DNA of 64,000 bases from Flavobacteriales bacterium (GTDB lineage: Bacteria; Bacteroidota; Bacteroidia; Flavobacteriales_F; PHOS-HE28), in assembly GCA_016721825.1 (NCBI GenBank), contig JADKHI010000002.1:320687-384686 (forward strand). Direction: 5' to 3'. Shown one piece after another: positions 50,045 to 59,903 of this stretch. The position numbers were made by a program, and so were the translations under genes. Each line of letters starts with the position of its first letter. Position 1 is the stretch's first letter. A model generated the notes under the pieces. The model was not told the DNA's origin. It did not search any database and worked only from the letters and a program-made list of their open reading frames with translations.

Positions 50045-51133
50045 ATGCCGGTCACCTCAAATGCTCGTCCTACCGTGCCTTACGCGCAGCGCGTGTCGGC
50101 CTTCGTCCAGCTCGGGCGGGTCTTCCACCTCTTCGCTGCCAGCGCTCCCTGGCCCGGCCATGCTTGCGGTTTGGATCAAGCGGAATATGAGGAGTTCGAT
50201 GCGCTGATCCGACGGGCTAGGCAGCGCAACGGCTGGTTCACGGAAGAGAACGTGCGACATGCATTGGGTGGCCTTTCCGTGATGTTACAGGAGGAAACGC
50301 TGAAAGCATGGCTGGCGGCCTATCCGGAACTGGAGCGGCCTCGTAGCGTTGCCCGGACGGTGGGCCTGGTACTGGCAGGCAATATTCCCCTGGTCGGCTT
50401 TCACGATGTGCTATGCGTGGTGCTCAGTGGCCACCGGGCCCGCATCAAGTGTTCCAGCGATGACGCCGAGCTGATCCCGGCGGCCATCAACATGCTGGAG
50501 CACTTCGCGCCGGGTATCGCCGCGCAGGCCGAGGTGACCATGGGCAAGCTGACCGATGTGGAAGCCGTGATCGCCACCGGCAGCAACAACACCTCGCGCT
50601 ATTTCGAGCATTACTTCGGCCACTTGCCACGTTTGGTGCGCAAGGGAAGGGTGAGCGTGGCCGTGCTGGACGGAACGGAGACCGAGGCGGAACTCAAGGA
50701 TCTGGGAGAAGACCTGTTCCGCTACTTCGGTCTGGGCTGCCGCAACGTTTCCAAGCTCTACGTACCCCGCGAATACGACCTGGACCGCGTGTTCGGGGCC
50801 ATCTTCCCCTGGCAGGACATCGTGAACCACAACAAGTACGCGAACAACTACGACTACAACCGCGCGCTGTGGATGCTGGACCGCGTGCCCATCCTGGAGA
50901 ACGGATTCGTGGTCTTCAAGGAGGAAACGGCGTTGGCGAGCCCGGTCGCGGCGGTCTACTACGAACGGTATGATGACGTCAAGGCCGTCGAACGCTCATT
51001 GGAGGTGCAGGCGGAACAGATCCAGTGCGTGGTAGGGCATGGCCATGTGCCCTTCGGTTCCGCCCAATGCCCTGCCCCCGGTGAGTATGCCGACGGGGTG
51101 GATACGCTGGGGTTCTTGCTCGACCTGAAGTGA
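50045..51133 (+). CDS. acyl-CoA reductase (LuxC-like) family protein
   Basis: NGWFTEENV...[12 protein letters not shown] pattern recalled for LuxC-like proteins, which sit next to fdx and serC in Bacteroidota. Confidence 0.6.
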   Translation: MPVTSNARPTVPYAQRVSAFVQLGRVFHLFAASAPWPGHACGLDQAEYEEFDALIRRARQRNGWFTEENVRHALGGLSVMLQEETLKAWLAAYPELERPRSVARTVGLVLAGNIPLVGFHDVLCVVLSGHRARIKCSSDDAELIPAAINMLEHFAPGIAAQAEVTMGKLTDVEAVIATGSNNTSRYFEHYFGHLPRLVRKGRVSVAVLDGTETEAELKDLGEDLFRYFGLGCRNVSKLYVPREYDLDRVFGAIFPWQDIVNHNKYANNYDYNRALWMLDRVPILENGFVVFKEETALASPVAAVYYERYDDVKAVERSLEVQAEQIQCVVGHGHVPFGSAQCPAPGEYADGVDTLGFLLDLK

Positions 51134-51140
51134 GCCTTGA

Positions 51141-52691
51141 CTAGGGTGTGAACTCGTAGCACCCCACATCCGGCGACGCATCGCGGGCATCGCCGTCGAG
51201 GTCATCGAAGACGCCCGTTCCGGCAAAGCCCTTGTCCACAGCGAAAGCGTTGACGCTGCCCAAGTGGAAGTCGGCTGCGCCAACATCCGTAAAGCCGGGG
51301 TTTTGGTTCCGCCAGATGGTCAACTGGTCTGGGAAAGGCACGGTGTCGTTGGTGGGCTGGTCAGTGCGTAGGATGCAGTTACGGAACGTGTAGTCAGCCG
51401 CATTTCCCGGGTCCAGTTCGATGAGGAACTCGTTGGTATTTCCTCCCTCCACGATCATGTTCCGGAACGAACTGGTGAAGATCTCGCGCACCTGCAGCAC
51501 GCTGTTGATCAGGTCCTCGTAGGTGTTCGTCATCACGAATGCCGGGCTGTTGCGGATGGCACCTGACACGTTCCAGTAGTTCGCTACGGTGATGAAGTTG
51601 AAGTCGTACTGCCCACCGCCGGTGAGTGCCACGCTGTACTGACCACAATCGGCGAACAGGGTGTTGGTGGCTGTCACCCGGTAGTTGCGGCTCAATAGCC
51701 CGGCAGCGGAACAGCCCCGGATGCTCACCTTGTCCAAGATCAGCTTGGCCTCGCTGGTAGCGGCATTCGGGTAGTAGGGGAAGTTCTCGCACTGGATGCC
51801 TACAAGCGCGTTGCGGATGTCACAGTTGCGGAACTCGTTGTCCTGGCCGGCCGCACCGTCGTTGATCCAGATGCGTTCCCATTGGCCGGGCACGTCCTGG
51901 TACTGCGGCTCCAAACGGTCGCCCTGGAAGGCGATGCGGTCATCAGGCTGGCCCAAGGCCTGGATCCGTCCGAACCGGTAGATCCACAGACCGCCGCCGC
52001 CATGCACGTACACCCGCACGCCAGGGTCGATGATCAGGGTGCTGCACGAGTCCACCACGCCATAGCCGTAGATCACGTAGGGCTTGTCGTTCGGCCAGGT
52101 GACCGTTTCGCAGATCACGTTGCCGTCATCATCCTCACCGGCAATGATGCTATACTTCGGCAAGCCCCCGCCACCAGCGTCAGGATAGAAGAAGTGCGCG
52201 TCCTGGCCCCAGGCGGTCAACAGCACTTCCTGGTCGTTACCGTTGGTGTTGAACAGGATATGATCCTCGATGATGAAGGGGTCATCGCTTCCCCCCGGCC
52301 CTAAGGTGGCTTCTACGAAGATGAAGATGCTGTCGCCCCCGAGGATCTCCACATCGGTGAAGCTGATGCCCGAGGCACCGTCCACGTTGATGCGGAAGGG
52401 GGAGGGACTGCCACCTTCCAGCGCGACATCGACCTTTACGGCCATATCGCCGGTGTTGCGGGCCACAAAGCGCTTGGTGACCGAGCCGACGGTGGTGAAG
52501 ATGGTGTCGAAGAGCACTGAATCCTCGCTGAATTCCAAGGTCACCCCGGAGTCGTCCGTGAACTGCAGGTCCTTGCGGCATCCCACGGAAAGGGCGAGCA
52601 GGATGAGCAGGAGGAGGGGTAGGCGGAGGGTGTGCAAAGCGCGCAAAGATGGGGTTCCGGCTGTTTGGTACGTTGGCGGAGGAAGGATCAT
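51141..52691 (-). CDS. lipoprotein with probable right-handed beta-helix region
   Basis: Lipobox LALSVGC. Repetitive G/N/D-rich beta segments and an N-terminal Ig-like region. Confidence 0.55.
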   Translation of the reverse strand: MILPPPTYQTAGTPSLRALHTLRLPLLLLILLALSVGCRKDLQFTDDSGVTLEFSEDSVLFDTIFTTVGSVTKRFVARNTGDMAVKVDVALEGGSPSPFRINVDGASGISFTDVEILGGDSIFIFVEATLGPGGSDDPFIIEDHILFNTNGNDQEVLLTAWGQDAHFFYPDAGGGGLPKYSIIAGEDDDGNVICETVTWPNDKPYVIYGYGVVDSCSTLIIDPGVRVYVHGGGGLWIYRFGRIQALGQPDDRIAFQGDRLEPQYQDVPGQWERIWINDGAAGQDNEFRNCDIRNALVGIQCENFPYYPNAATSEAKLILDKVSIRGCSAAGLLSRNYRVTATNTLFADCGQYSVALTGGGQYDFNFITVANYWNVSGAIRNSPAFVMTNTYEDLINSVLQVREIFTSSFRNMIVEGGNTNEFLIELDPGNAADYTFRNCILRTDQPTNDTVPFPDQLTIWRNQNPGFTDVGAADFHLGSVNAFAVDKGFAGTGVFDDLDGDARDASPDVGCYEFTP

Positions 52692-52726
52692 TGCCTTGGA
52701 AGGCTTTCAATTCTCAATGGATCATC

Positions 52727-52734
52727 TATCTTCG
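52727..52734 (+). promoter_or_regulatory. candidate -7 box TATCTTCG upstream of rpmE2
   Basis: 20 nt upstream of the ATG at 52755. Same octamer as upstream of the ABC ATPase gene. Confidence 0.3.
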
Positions 52735-52754
52735 CGGCCCGAAAGCGTCAAGAC

Positions 52755-53069
52755 ATGAAAAAGGGCATTCACCCCGAGAACTACCGCACCGTGGTGTTCA
52801 AGGACATGAGCAACGAGACCATGTTCCTCGGCAAGAGCTGTGCGAACACCAAGGATATGGTGACCTACGAGGACGGGAACGAGTACCCCCTCATCAAGCT
52901 GGACATCAGCAACACGTCACACCCCTTCTACACGGGCAAGATGATGCTGATCGACACGGCTGGCCGCGTGGACAAGTTCAAGAAGCGTTTCGCACGCCAC
53001 ACGAGCATCAAGGATGGTGCTCCAGCCGCCGAAGCTCCTGCTGAAGCGGGCGCTGACGAAGCGAACTAA
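52755..53069 (+). CDS. rpmE2: 50S ribosomal protein L31, type B (no CxxC zinc motif)
   Basis: MKKGIHPENYR start and HPFYTGK motif, followed by a low-complexity Ala/Glu tail. Confidence 0.9.
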   Translation: MKKGIHPENYRTVVFKDMSNETMFLGKSCANTKDMVTYEDGNEYPLIKLDISNTSHPFYTGKMMLIDTAGRVDKFKKRFARHTSIKDGAPAAEAPAEAGADEAN

Positions 53070-53090
53070 GCCTTACAAGGATCTCGAAAG

Positions 53091-53120
53091 GCCCTTCGCC
53101 ACCCGGCGGAGGGCTTTTTT
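53091..53120 (+). terminator. rho-independent terminator of rpmE2
   Basis: GCCCTTCGCC-ACCC-GGCGGAGGGC (10 bp, one G-U) followed by TTTTTT. It abuts the convergent pdeM stop. Confidence 0.8.
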
Positions 53121-53803
53121 CATTGACGGTTGCCCCGCTGTGTGCGCTGCTCACCATGGATGCCGCTCACGTCCACCACCGAGCGCTCGGTCACAGCGAA
53201 ACAGCGGTCCGTGGAGGCCGGTTCGATCACGAACAGGCCTGTGGCGGTGCCGAAAGCCGGAAGCACGGCCTGTTCCGGGGCGAACCAGAAGCAGGGCAGC
53301 CGTAGGTGCTGCTTACCAAGTCCGCTCAGGACAACGCCTGGATGGATATGGCCGCTCAAGGTGTAGTGATCCTTGACGGACCGGGGCTCGTGGGCCAGGG
53401 CGAAGGGGCCCTCGAGCAGGATCTCATCGTGCAGCTTCAGGCCGGCGTCCAGATAGCGGCGGTCGGCGAGCACATCATGGTTCCCAAGGACCAGGTGTAC
53501 CTCGAAGCGCTGTCGGAACATCCAGAGGGTGAAGAGGTCCCAGCTGCTGTTATAGGCACTGTGGAAGAGGTCGCCGAGCACAACGAGGCGTTCCGCGCCA
53601 TACTCGTTCATCAGCCAACTGAGGCGGTCCAGCAACACATCATCGTGCACATCCGGCAGGGGAAGTCCGGCCTTCCGAAAGTGGGCCGCTTTGCCCAAGT
53701 GCGCATCACTCACCATGAGCCAACGTTTCCGTGGCCAGTACAGCGCCTTGTAGGGGCTCAACAACAGCTTCTCCCCAACCACATCGATCTCCGCAGTGAG
53801 CAT
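53120..53803 (-). CDS. pdeM: ligase-associated DNA damage response metallophosphoesterase PdeM
   Basis: VSDAHLGK, VLGDLFH, GNHD and GHIHP metallophosphoesterase motifs. ATG at 53803; the track ORF opens at a non-ATG codon at 53839. Confidence 0.75.
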   Translation of the reverse strand: MLTAEIDVVGEKLLLSPYKALYWPRKRWLMVSDAHLGKAAHFRKAGLPLPDVHDDVLLDRLSWLMNEYGAERLVVLGDLFHSAYNSSWDLFTLWMFRQRFEVHLVLGNHDVLADRRYLDAGLKLHDEILLEGPFALAHEPRSVKDHYTLSGHIHPGVVLSGLGKQHLRLPCFWFAPEQAVLPAFGTATGLFVIEPASTDRCFAVTERSVVDVSGIHGEQRTQRGNRQ

Positions 53804-53866
53804 GTGCCCAAGGTAGGGCTGTGTGCCCGCGCAGGGCAAGCGCCTAAGCAGATCGGATGGCCGTGA

Positions 53867-56191
53867 TCACCGGAACCGCGCTACGAAGGCCGCATACCCT
53901 GAACAGTCCTCAATGGCGGCGTAGCTCTCCCTGCTCTTCGCGTCGTCCAAGGAGCGAACGAAGGGGTTCTCCGCCTCGTCCATACCACCCTCTCCGGCGA
54001 AGGACCACCAGTTCTTCTGGCACTCCCATGCCATGCGACAGGCCATGGCTTTCAGGATGGGATCCTTCGCCTCCTCCAACGCCAGCTCGTAATACCGCTG
54101 GGCCCGTTGACACCCGAAATAGTCCGCATCACCGGGTCCGCTCACTTCGCGATCACGCCAATCGCTCATTTCCCACATGCTCCAACCGATGCGCGACATG
54201 ATCCAGTACTTACCGTGCCAGCTCATGCTGTACGCTGCGTTGCCGAGCAGATAGTGATTCAGGGCGCGCTTCTTCGGATTTCGTTCCGCCTCGCGCTTCA
54301 AGGCGATCATGCGCTCCACGATGGTGCGCTTGGTATAACGCACGCTGTCCTCGTTGTTGTAGTTGTGCGGGTCTTCGATGTTCACCACAAAGGGGTCATC
54401 CTCCGCGAACATTGCATACGGGTGCTCTTGCCAGAAGCTATCGGGGATCTGGCGGAACACAGTGGCCGCTGCTTCAAGGCTATCCTCCCGCAGATACCAA
54501 GTAGCCTTGTAGTCGAGCAGTTTCTCGCGAGAGAATTCGGTTTGCTTGAACACCTGCTCTGTGGACTCCCAGTCAGCAGGTCGGTCGTCGGTCGCGGTCA
54601 GGTAGCGCTCGAAAGGGCTCTTGTCCGGCTTATCGAGCAGCGCGATCATGCGGTCATAGTCTGTTGGCGTGGCCTTCTCAAACACCACGATCCGAGCGTT
54701 CGTGCCCCACCAACCCATGATGGTGCCGTATAGCCGCTCGGACCTTGCCAGTAGGAACGCACCTTCCGCCAATTCGCCACGTTCGATGAGCTTCTTACCA
54801 AGGTAGAGGTGCAGTTGGTCCAGTATCACGGACCGCCGACGCTGTAGCTCCGGTGCGGTGTTCACCAGTTCCACCAAGGCCAGGACATCGTTCCGGGTAG
54901 CATCCGTAAGCTGCTTCGAATCCATGACACCGCAGAGGATCAGGTCCATGCGAGCCTGAGCGCGTACCGTGGCGGAACTGTTCGCCGACCGTTGGACCTG
55001 GCCGAGGAGGGTTCGCGCTTCATCGAGGTCACCACAGATGAAGCTCATGTGTCCGTTCAGCAGAAGCATCAAGGCTTGGTCCTTCGGCGCAGCGTGTACG
55101 GTCACACGCGAAATGAAGCGCTTCACTTGGTGGAGGTAGTCGAGGTCGGCTTTGCGTATATCGGAAGCGGATACACCATCCTCTCCATCGGACCATTGAC
55201 GGATCGCCGCGCCCATGTCCGTGAGATCCGGCGTCAGCAGCCAATCCTCCAGCTTGTTCACTTCACGGCTCAGCAGCAGGGGCAGGTGCGGGTTGGTCGG
55301 ATCCCAGTTGGCGATACGTTCCAGATCCTCCAAGGCGCGGCCGGGGTGTTGCAGGTCCCGCATCACTACGAGGGAAGCGCGCTGCTTATCGCTCGTGGCC
55401 ATCGACAGGTACGTTTCCACTTCACCGCTCACGAACAAGTTCACCATCCGCGATCGCTTGTCCAGTGCCCGATCCAGCAGATCGGCGTAGGCCAGGTCAC
55501 GCGCCGGGTTCGGCTGCATGCTCGCGAGATAGAAGGCGGCAGAAGGCTCCAACCACGTCTTGCCGCGTAAGGGTGCCAGGTGCGCATCGAACACCTGTTC
55601 CGCATCCTGCAAAGGCAACCCACCATAGTGTGCAATGCGGACCAGCTGGTAAGCCACGCGGGCTTTCAATACTGGATCGGTGGCACGCTTCAGCAAGGCT
55701 GTTCCATCGGTCCATGCTCGGCGAATTCCCACGCTGTCGTGCTCAGCAAAGCCCCACGGATCCCCTTGGTTAGCAAGTTGCTCGCAGGTCTTGGCATAGC
55801 GTATGAACTCGGGCCAACCACCCTTCAGTTCGGTCAACCGCTTCAGGAAGGCATTGCTTGCGAAGAGTTCCTGTTCATTCAACCAGAAGTCCGAGGGGGT
55901 GGTGCCGTAGAGTATCGTGCTGATCGCTTCCTCGGGAACCTTATTGCCGACCACAACTTTCCATTCCGCGATGTTGAGCTGATAGCCAATCTCCAACAGT
56001 TCCTGGTCGTCCGTCTCGTAGATGTGGTCCGTGGTGAAATAGAACGAGTGAAGCGAGCGTGATTCGGCCAGTTCGGGTTGTAACAACCAGAAACGGTAGT
56101 CCTCGCTCATGAAGCCGGGGCCGCAGCCGTTCAAGGGTTCGTACACCAACGAACCGGCAACGGCGAGGAGAAGAAGAGTTATGCGCTTCAT
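53867..56191 (-). CDS. hypothetical 774-aa secreted helical-repeat protein
   Basis: N-terminal hydrophobic leader MKRITLLLLAVAGS. Mostly helical composition with a Trp-rich C-terminal segment (WHGKYWIMSRIGWSMWEMSDW). Confidence 0.6.
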   Translation of the reverse strand: MKRITLLLLAVAGSLVYEPLNGCGPGFMSEDYRFWLLQPELAESRSLHSFYFTTDHIYETDDQELLEIGYQLNIAEWKVVVGNKVPEEAISTILYGTTPSDFWLNEQELFASNAFLKRLTELKGGWPEFIRYAKTCEQLANQGDPWGFAEHDSVGIRRAWTDGTALLKRATDPVLKARVAYQLVRIAHYGGLPLQDAEQVFDAHLAPLRGKTWLEPSAAFYLASMQPNPARDLAYADLLDRALDKRSRMVNLFVSGEVETYLSMATSDKQRASLVVMRDLQHPGRALEDLERIANWDPTNPHLPLLLSREVNKLEDWLLTPDLTDMGAAIRQWSDGEDGVSASDIRKADLDYLHQVKRFISRVTVHAAPKDQALMLLLNGHMSFICGDLDEARTLLGQVQRSANSSATVRAQARMDLILCGVMDSKQLTDATRNDVLALVELVNTAPELQRRRSVILDQLHLYLGKKLIERGELAEGAFLLARSERLYGTIMGWWGTNARIVVFEKATPTDYDRMIALLDKPDKSPFERYLTATDDRPADWESTEQVFKQTEFSREKLLDYKATWYLREDSLEAAATVFRQIPDSFWQEHPYAMFAEDDPFVVNIEDPHNYNNEDSVRYTKRTIVERMIALKREAERNPKKRALNHYLLGNAAYSMSWHGKYWIMSRIGWSMWEMSDWRDREVSGPGDADYFGCQRAQRYYELALEEAKDPILKAMACRMAWECQKNWWSFAGEGGMDEAENPFVRSLDDAKSRESYAAIEDCSGYAAFVARFR

Positions 56192-57342
56192 GGCTTGGCT
56201 GGCATTGCGACGGTATCCACAGCTATGATCTCCGGCATATCGATCACCTCCTCATGCGGTGCGGACAAGTGTTCGCCCTGCAAGGAGGAACCACGCACAG
56301 CGCCGAATGACCCATAGGTTCCGGCCAAGAACACGGTGTCCAGTTCCTGAAAAGAACGTGCACCGACTTCGAAGAAGGCGATGGCGACGGTGTCAGTGTT
56401 CACTGCATGGCGGGCCAGCTGGACGGCTTGAGTGATCTGCTCCGGCGTGATACGCTCCACACGCACTTCATCACCGAGGTGCAGCTCCGGCAGGTTCTCG
56501 TTATCCTCCACGATCACCTGCATCAACCCATCCTTCGGGTCGTGCAGAAGGCCACGACGCAATGCTTCGTCCACCTGTTCTTCCTGTAAGATCCCTTGGA
56601 AGCGGCCCTTGCGGAACTGGGCTCCCCAGGAGAAGGCCGGCAACGCCAGGTCGAGCGGAAGGGGATAGGGCTTGGCATTGGCGAAGTAGGGCGTCGCGGT
56701 GGCCTCATCGAAGATCGAGTTCACATCGCCGCGTTCCTGCAAGCGCCCCACGTTGTAGACCATCAGCATGCCTCGGTCAGCGGGTGGAACGCCGGTCTTG
56801 GTGGGGTCGGCGTATTGATGCAAACGGATCGTCGCGATCACCGGCACTTCCAGGCTATCGTTCATGCACCTAGTGAGCTGGAAGAAGCGGTCCTTGGTGC
56901 CTGGCGTCCAGTCGCAGTCCAACATCACGCCGTGGAGCTTCGCAGGGCACTCCTTCCGCAGCTTGCGTAACAGGTTGTGGACCAGCTCGTCGGTCCCTGG
57001 CGCGTCCAGCTTCTCGAAGGTGGTGTTGGTGATGTAGATGCACGGCACGAACTCCACCTTGTCCGTCCAAGGCCCGCCCTCACGAGAGTAGTCGCGCCAC
57101 TCGTACGGCACGGCCACGGAAGATACCGGATGCGCTCCGTTGGCGGGGTTCCAGCCGATGTCCAGCAGCTTGAAGTAGACGCGTTGAACCCCGTTGCGCT
57201 CCATGGCCTGGTGCTCTTCTCCGGCCAATCCGTGGCCATTGCGCCAGCGGAAGACGGACGGGATGACGGTGACCTCGCGTTCCTCGCAGCCCATGACCGA
57301 AATGACCAGAAGGAACAGGACCCAGCGAAGCATACGTTTCAT
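56188..57342 (-). CDS. hypothetical lipoprotein (384 aa)
   Basis: Lipobox ISVMGC. ATGA overlap with the downstream 774-aa gene. No catalytic motif assigned. Confidence 0.6.
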   Translation of the reverse strand: MKRMLRWVLFLLVISVMGCEEREVTVIPSVFRWRNGHGLAGEEHQAMERNGVQRVYFKLLDIGWNPANGAHPVSSVAVPYEWRDYSREGGPWTDKVEFVPCIYITNTTFEKLDAPGTDELVHNLLRKLRKECPAKLHGVMLDCDWTPGTKDRFFQLTRCMNDSLEVPVIATIRLHQYADPTKTGVPPADRGMLMVYNVGRLQERGDVNSIFDEATATPYFANAKPYPLPLDLALPAFSWGAQFRKGRFQGILQEEQVDEALRRGLLHDPKDGLMQVIVEDNENLPELHLGDEVRVERITPEQITQAVQLARHAVNTDTVAIAFFEVGARSFQELDTVFLAGTYGSFGAVRGSSLQGEHLSAPHEEVIDMPEIIAVDTVAMPAKP

Positions 57343-57422
57343 GGTGGCGGCCAGAGATGGAACGCCTGGACGAAGTTCCTATTTCATCAGCTAGCGGATC
57401 GCGTGGATCGGAGATGGACCTC

Positions 57423-59882
57423 TCAGTTCTTCTCCAACCGCTCCGTCATCTTCCTGATCCTATCCTCCAATTGCTCGCTGCTGAGCTTTTCGCGCAGCCT
57501 ATCCACAATGATGGGGAAGGCGAAGGGCGTGAACTTGCCGGGGTCTTTGAGCACCTTACGCTGGGCCTGTATGCGGAGCAGCGCTTCGCGCAGCCTTGGC
57601 AGTTCCATCTGCACATCGAATGCCTCGTCGTAAGCCTGCCGCAAGAGGAGATGCTCCGGTTCGTGATCACGGAACACATCGAAGAAGAGGCCGCTGTTGG
57701 CGCGCATATGACGTTCCTTCAGCGGTCGCCCGGGCATGCCTTTGAAGACGAGCCCTGCAATGCTGGCGATGTCGCGGAACTTCCGCCGGGCCATCTCGGT
57801 GGCGTTCATGCTGCGCTGCAGGTCGCTCAACAGGTCCTGCGGGCTGAAGAGGTCGTTATCCAAGGCCTCTTCGATCGGAATGGGCTGGTCGCTCAGCAGC
57901 TCGAAGCCGTAGTCGTTCATGGCGATGCTGAAGGTGATGGGCTTCAGCAGGCTCATGCGGAAAGCGAGGAGGGAGCCGAGGGCCTCGTTCACGAAGCGGC
58001 CTTCGAAGGGATAGACCACGATGTGATGTCCTTCCCGACTGGTGAAGCGCTCGATCAGCAGATCATCTGGGCCTGGTACGATGCTCGTCTCCCGTTGTCG
58101 CTCCAGGATCGGGGTCACAGCGGTCATCTCGACGCCCGGACGATCGGTGGTCAGCTGCTCGCGCAAGATCTTCGCCATGTAGCTGGTCAACGGCATTCTT
58201 CCTCCCTGCCAGCTGGGGATCTTGCCTTTTTGCTCGCGGCTCTTGCGCACCTGCGCCACAAGGTCCTTCACCCGCACCAGTTCCAATGAGCGCCCGGCGA
58301 ACCAGAAGACATCACCGGGCTTGAGCTGGTTGATGAACCACTCTTCCACGGTCCCGATACGACCTCCGCTCACGAATTTCACCGCGAAGCTGCTGTCGCT
58401 CACGATCGTGCCGATGCTGAGCTTGTGCCGCAGAGCGATCCGCTTGTCGTGGACGCGGACCAGCCCATCCTCATCCACCACCGCCTTGCGGAACTCCTCG
58501 TAGGCCAGAAGGCTTGTTCCACCGCTGGTGATGAAGGTGAGCAGCCAGTCCCATTCCTCTGGCGTGATGTCCTTGAAACACCAGGTGGATCGCACCTCGC
58601 CGTACACTTCGGAAGGAGAGAAGCCATTGCTCACCGCCAGGGTCACGAGATATTGCACGAGCACATCGAAGCAACGGAACAAGGGTTGGCGCGCCTCGAT
58701 GCTGCCTTCGATAGCGGCTTGTCGGAGCGCTGCGGCCTCCACCAGTTCCAGGGCATGGGTGGGCAGGAACCAGATGCGGCTGGTAGCGTCGGGACGGTGT
58801 CCACTGCGACCGGCACGTTGCACGAAGCGCGCTACGCCTTTGGGTCCGCCTACTTGCACCACGCTCTCCACCGGCCGGAAGTCCACGCCCAGATCGAGGC
58901 TGCTGGTGCACACCACGGCTTTCAGCTTGCCCGCGTCCAAGGCCTGTTCCACCCATTCGCGCACCTTGCGGTCCAATGAACCATGGTGCAGGGCGATCGT
59001 ACCCGCCAGCTCGGGTGCGATGTCCAGCAAGTGGTGATACCAGATCTCGCTCTGTGCCCGGGTGTTGGTGAAGATCAGCGTGCTTGTGCTCTGTTCGATG
59101 ATGGGCAACAGCCGGTGCGCCAGCTTCAGTCCCAGGTGTCCGGCCCAAGGATAGTGTTCGACCTTCTCGGGAATGATGCTGCGGACCTCGATCGGTCTCT
59201 TCACATTGGAACGCACAAGCACGGGCACAGGTCGATGCTGCTGGTCGACGGTACTGGTGCTATCCAAGAGGTCGGAGCCGTGAAGGACCGCCATCGCCTC
59301 CTCAAGGTTTCCGATCGTCGCGCTAATGCCCCAGATACCAAGATCCGGTCGTAGGGCTTTCAGTCGGCTCAAGGCCAATTCCACTTGCACGCCGCGCTTG
59401 CTGCCCAGCAGTTCATGCCATTCATCGGCAATGAACCAGTCCAGCTGCTTGAACTGCTCGGCGTAACCCTTCGTGGCCAGGAGCACATGCAGGCTTTCGG
59501 GCGTGGTCACGAGCAACTGAGGAAGGCTTTTCTTCTGGGCTGCACGTTCCTTGGTGCTCGTATCCCCGGTGCGGACGCCGACCTTCCAGCCGAGTCCGGC
59601 ACCGTCACACATGCGTTGGGCGCTGTCCGCGATCTCACCTGCCAAGGCCCTGAGCGGCGTGATCCATATGGCCCGCAGACCGCTGACCTTCCGGGGATGC
59701 GATCGTTCAGCGTTCACCACGCCCCCCCAGACGGCATAGGTCTTTCCTGAACCCGTTGGCGCGTTCAACAGTCCGCTGTGCCCGGCGGCCATGTGCGCCC
59801 AGACCTCGCGTTGGAAGGGCTGCGCCCTCCAGCCATGTTCCTTGAACCAGTGTTCAACGGCGGACACTGATCGACCAGCCAT
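57423..59882 (-). CDS. ligase-associated DNA damage response DExH-box helicase (Lhr-core type)
   Basis: NAPTGSGKT (motif I), FIADEWHEL (DExH), 819 aa. Confidence 0.85.
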   Translation of the reverse strand: MAGRSVSAVEHWFKEHGWRAQPFQREVWAHMAAGHSGLLNAPTGSGKTYAVWGGVVNAERSHPRKVSGLRAIWITPLRALAGEIADSAQRMCDGAGLGWKVGVRTGDTSTKERAAQKKSLPQLLVTTPESLHVLLATKGYAEQFKQLDWFIADEWHELLGSKRGVQVELALSRLKALRPDLGIWGISATIGNLEEAMAVLHGSDLLDSTSTVDQQHRPVPVLVRSNVKRPIEVRSIIPEKVEHYPWAGHLGLKLAHRLLPIIEQSTSTLIFTNTRAQSEIWYHHLLDIAPELAGTIALHHGSLDRKVREWVEQALDAGKLKAVVCTSSLDLGVDFRPVESVVQVGGPKGVARFVQRAGRSGHRPDATSRIWFLPTHALELVEAAALRQAAIEGSIEARQPLFRCFDVLVQYLVTLAVSNGFSPSEVYGEVRSTWCFKDITPEEWDWLLTFITSGGTSLLAYEEFRKAVVDEDGLVRVHDKRIALRHKLSIGTIVSDSSFAVKFVSGGRIGTVEEWFINQLKPGDVFWFAGRSLELVRVKDLVAQVRKSREQKGKIPSWQGGRMPLTSYMAKILREQLTTDRPGVEMTAVTPILERQRETSIVPGPDDLLIERFTSREGHHIVVYPFEGRFVNEALGSLLAFRMSLLKPITFSIAMNDYGFELLSDQPIPIEEALDNDLFSPQDLLSDLQRSMNATEMARRKFRDIASIAGLVFKGMPGRPLKERHMRANSGLFFDVFRDHEPEHLLLRQAYDEAFDVQMELPRLREALLRIQAQRKVLKDPGKFTPFAFPIIVDRLREKLSSEQLEDRIRKMTERLEKN

Positions 59883-59903
59883 GGCGTTCCGAAGAAGCGG
59901 TGG

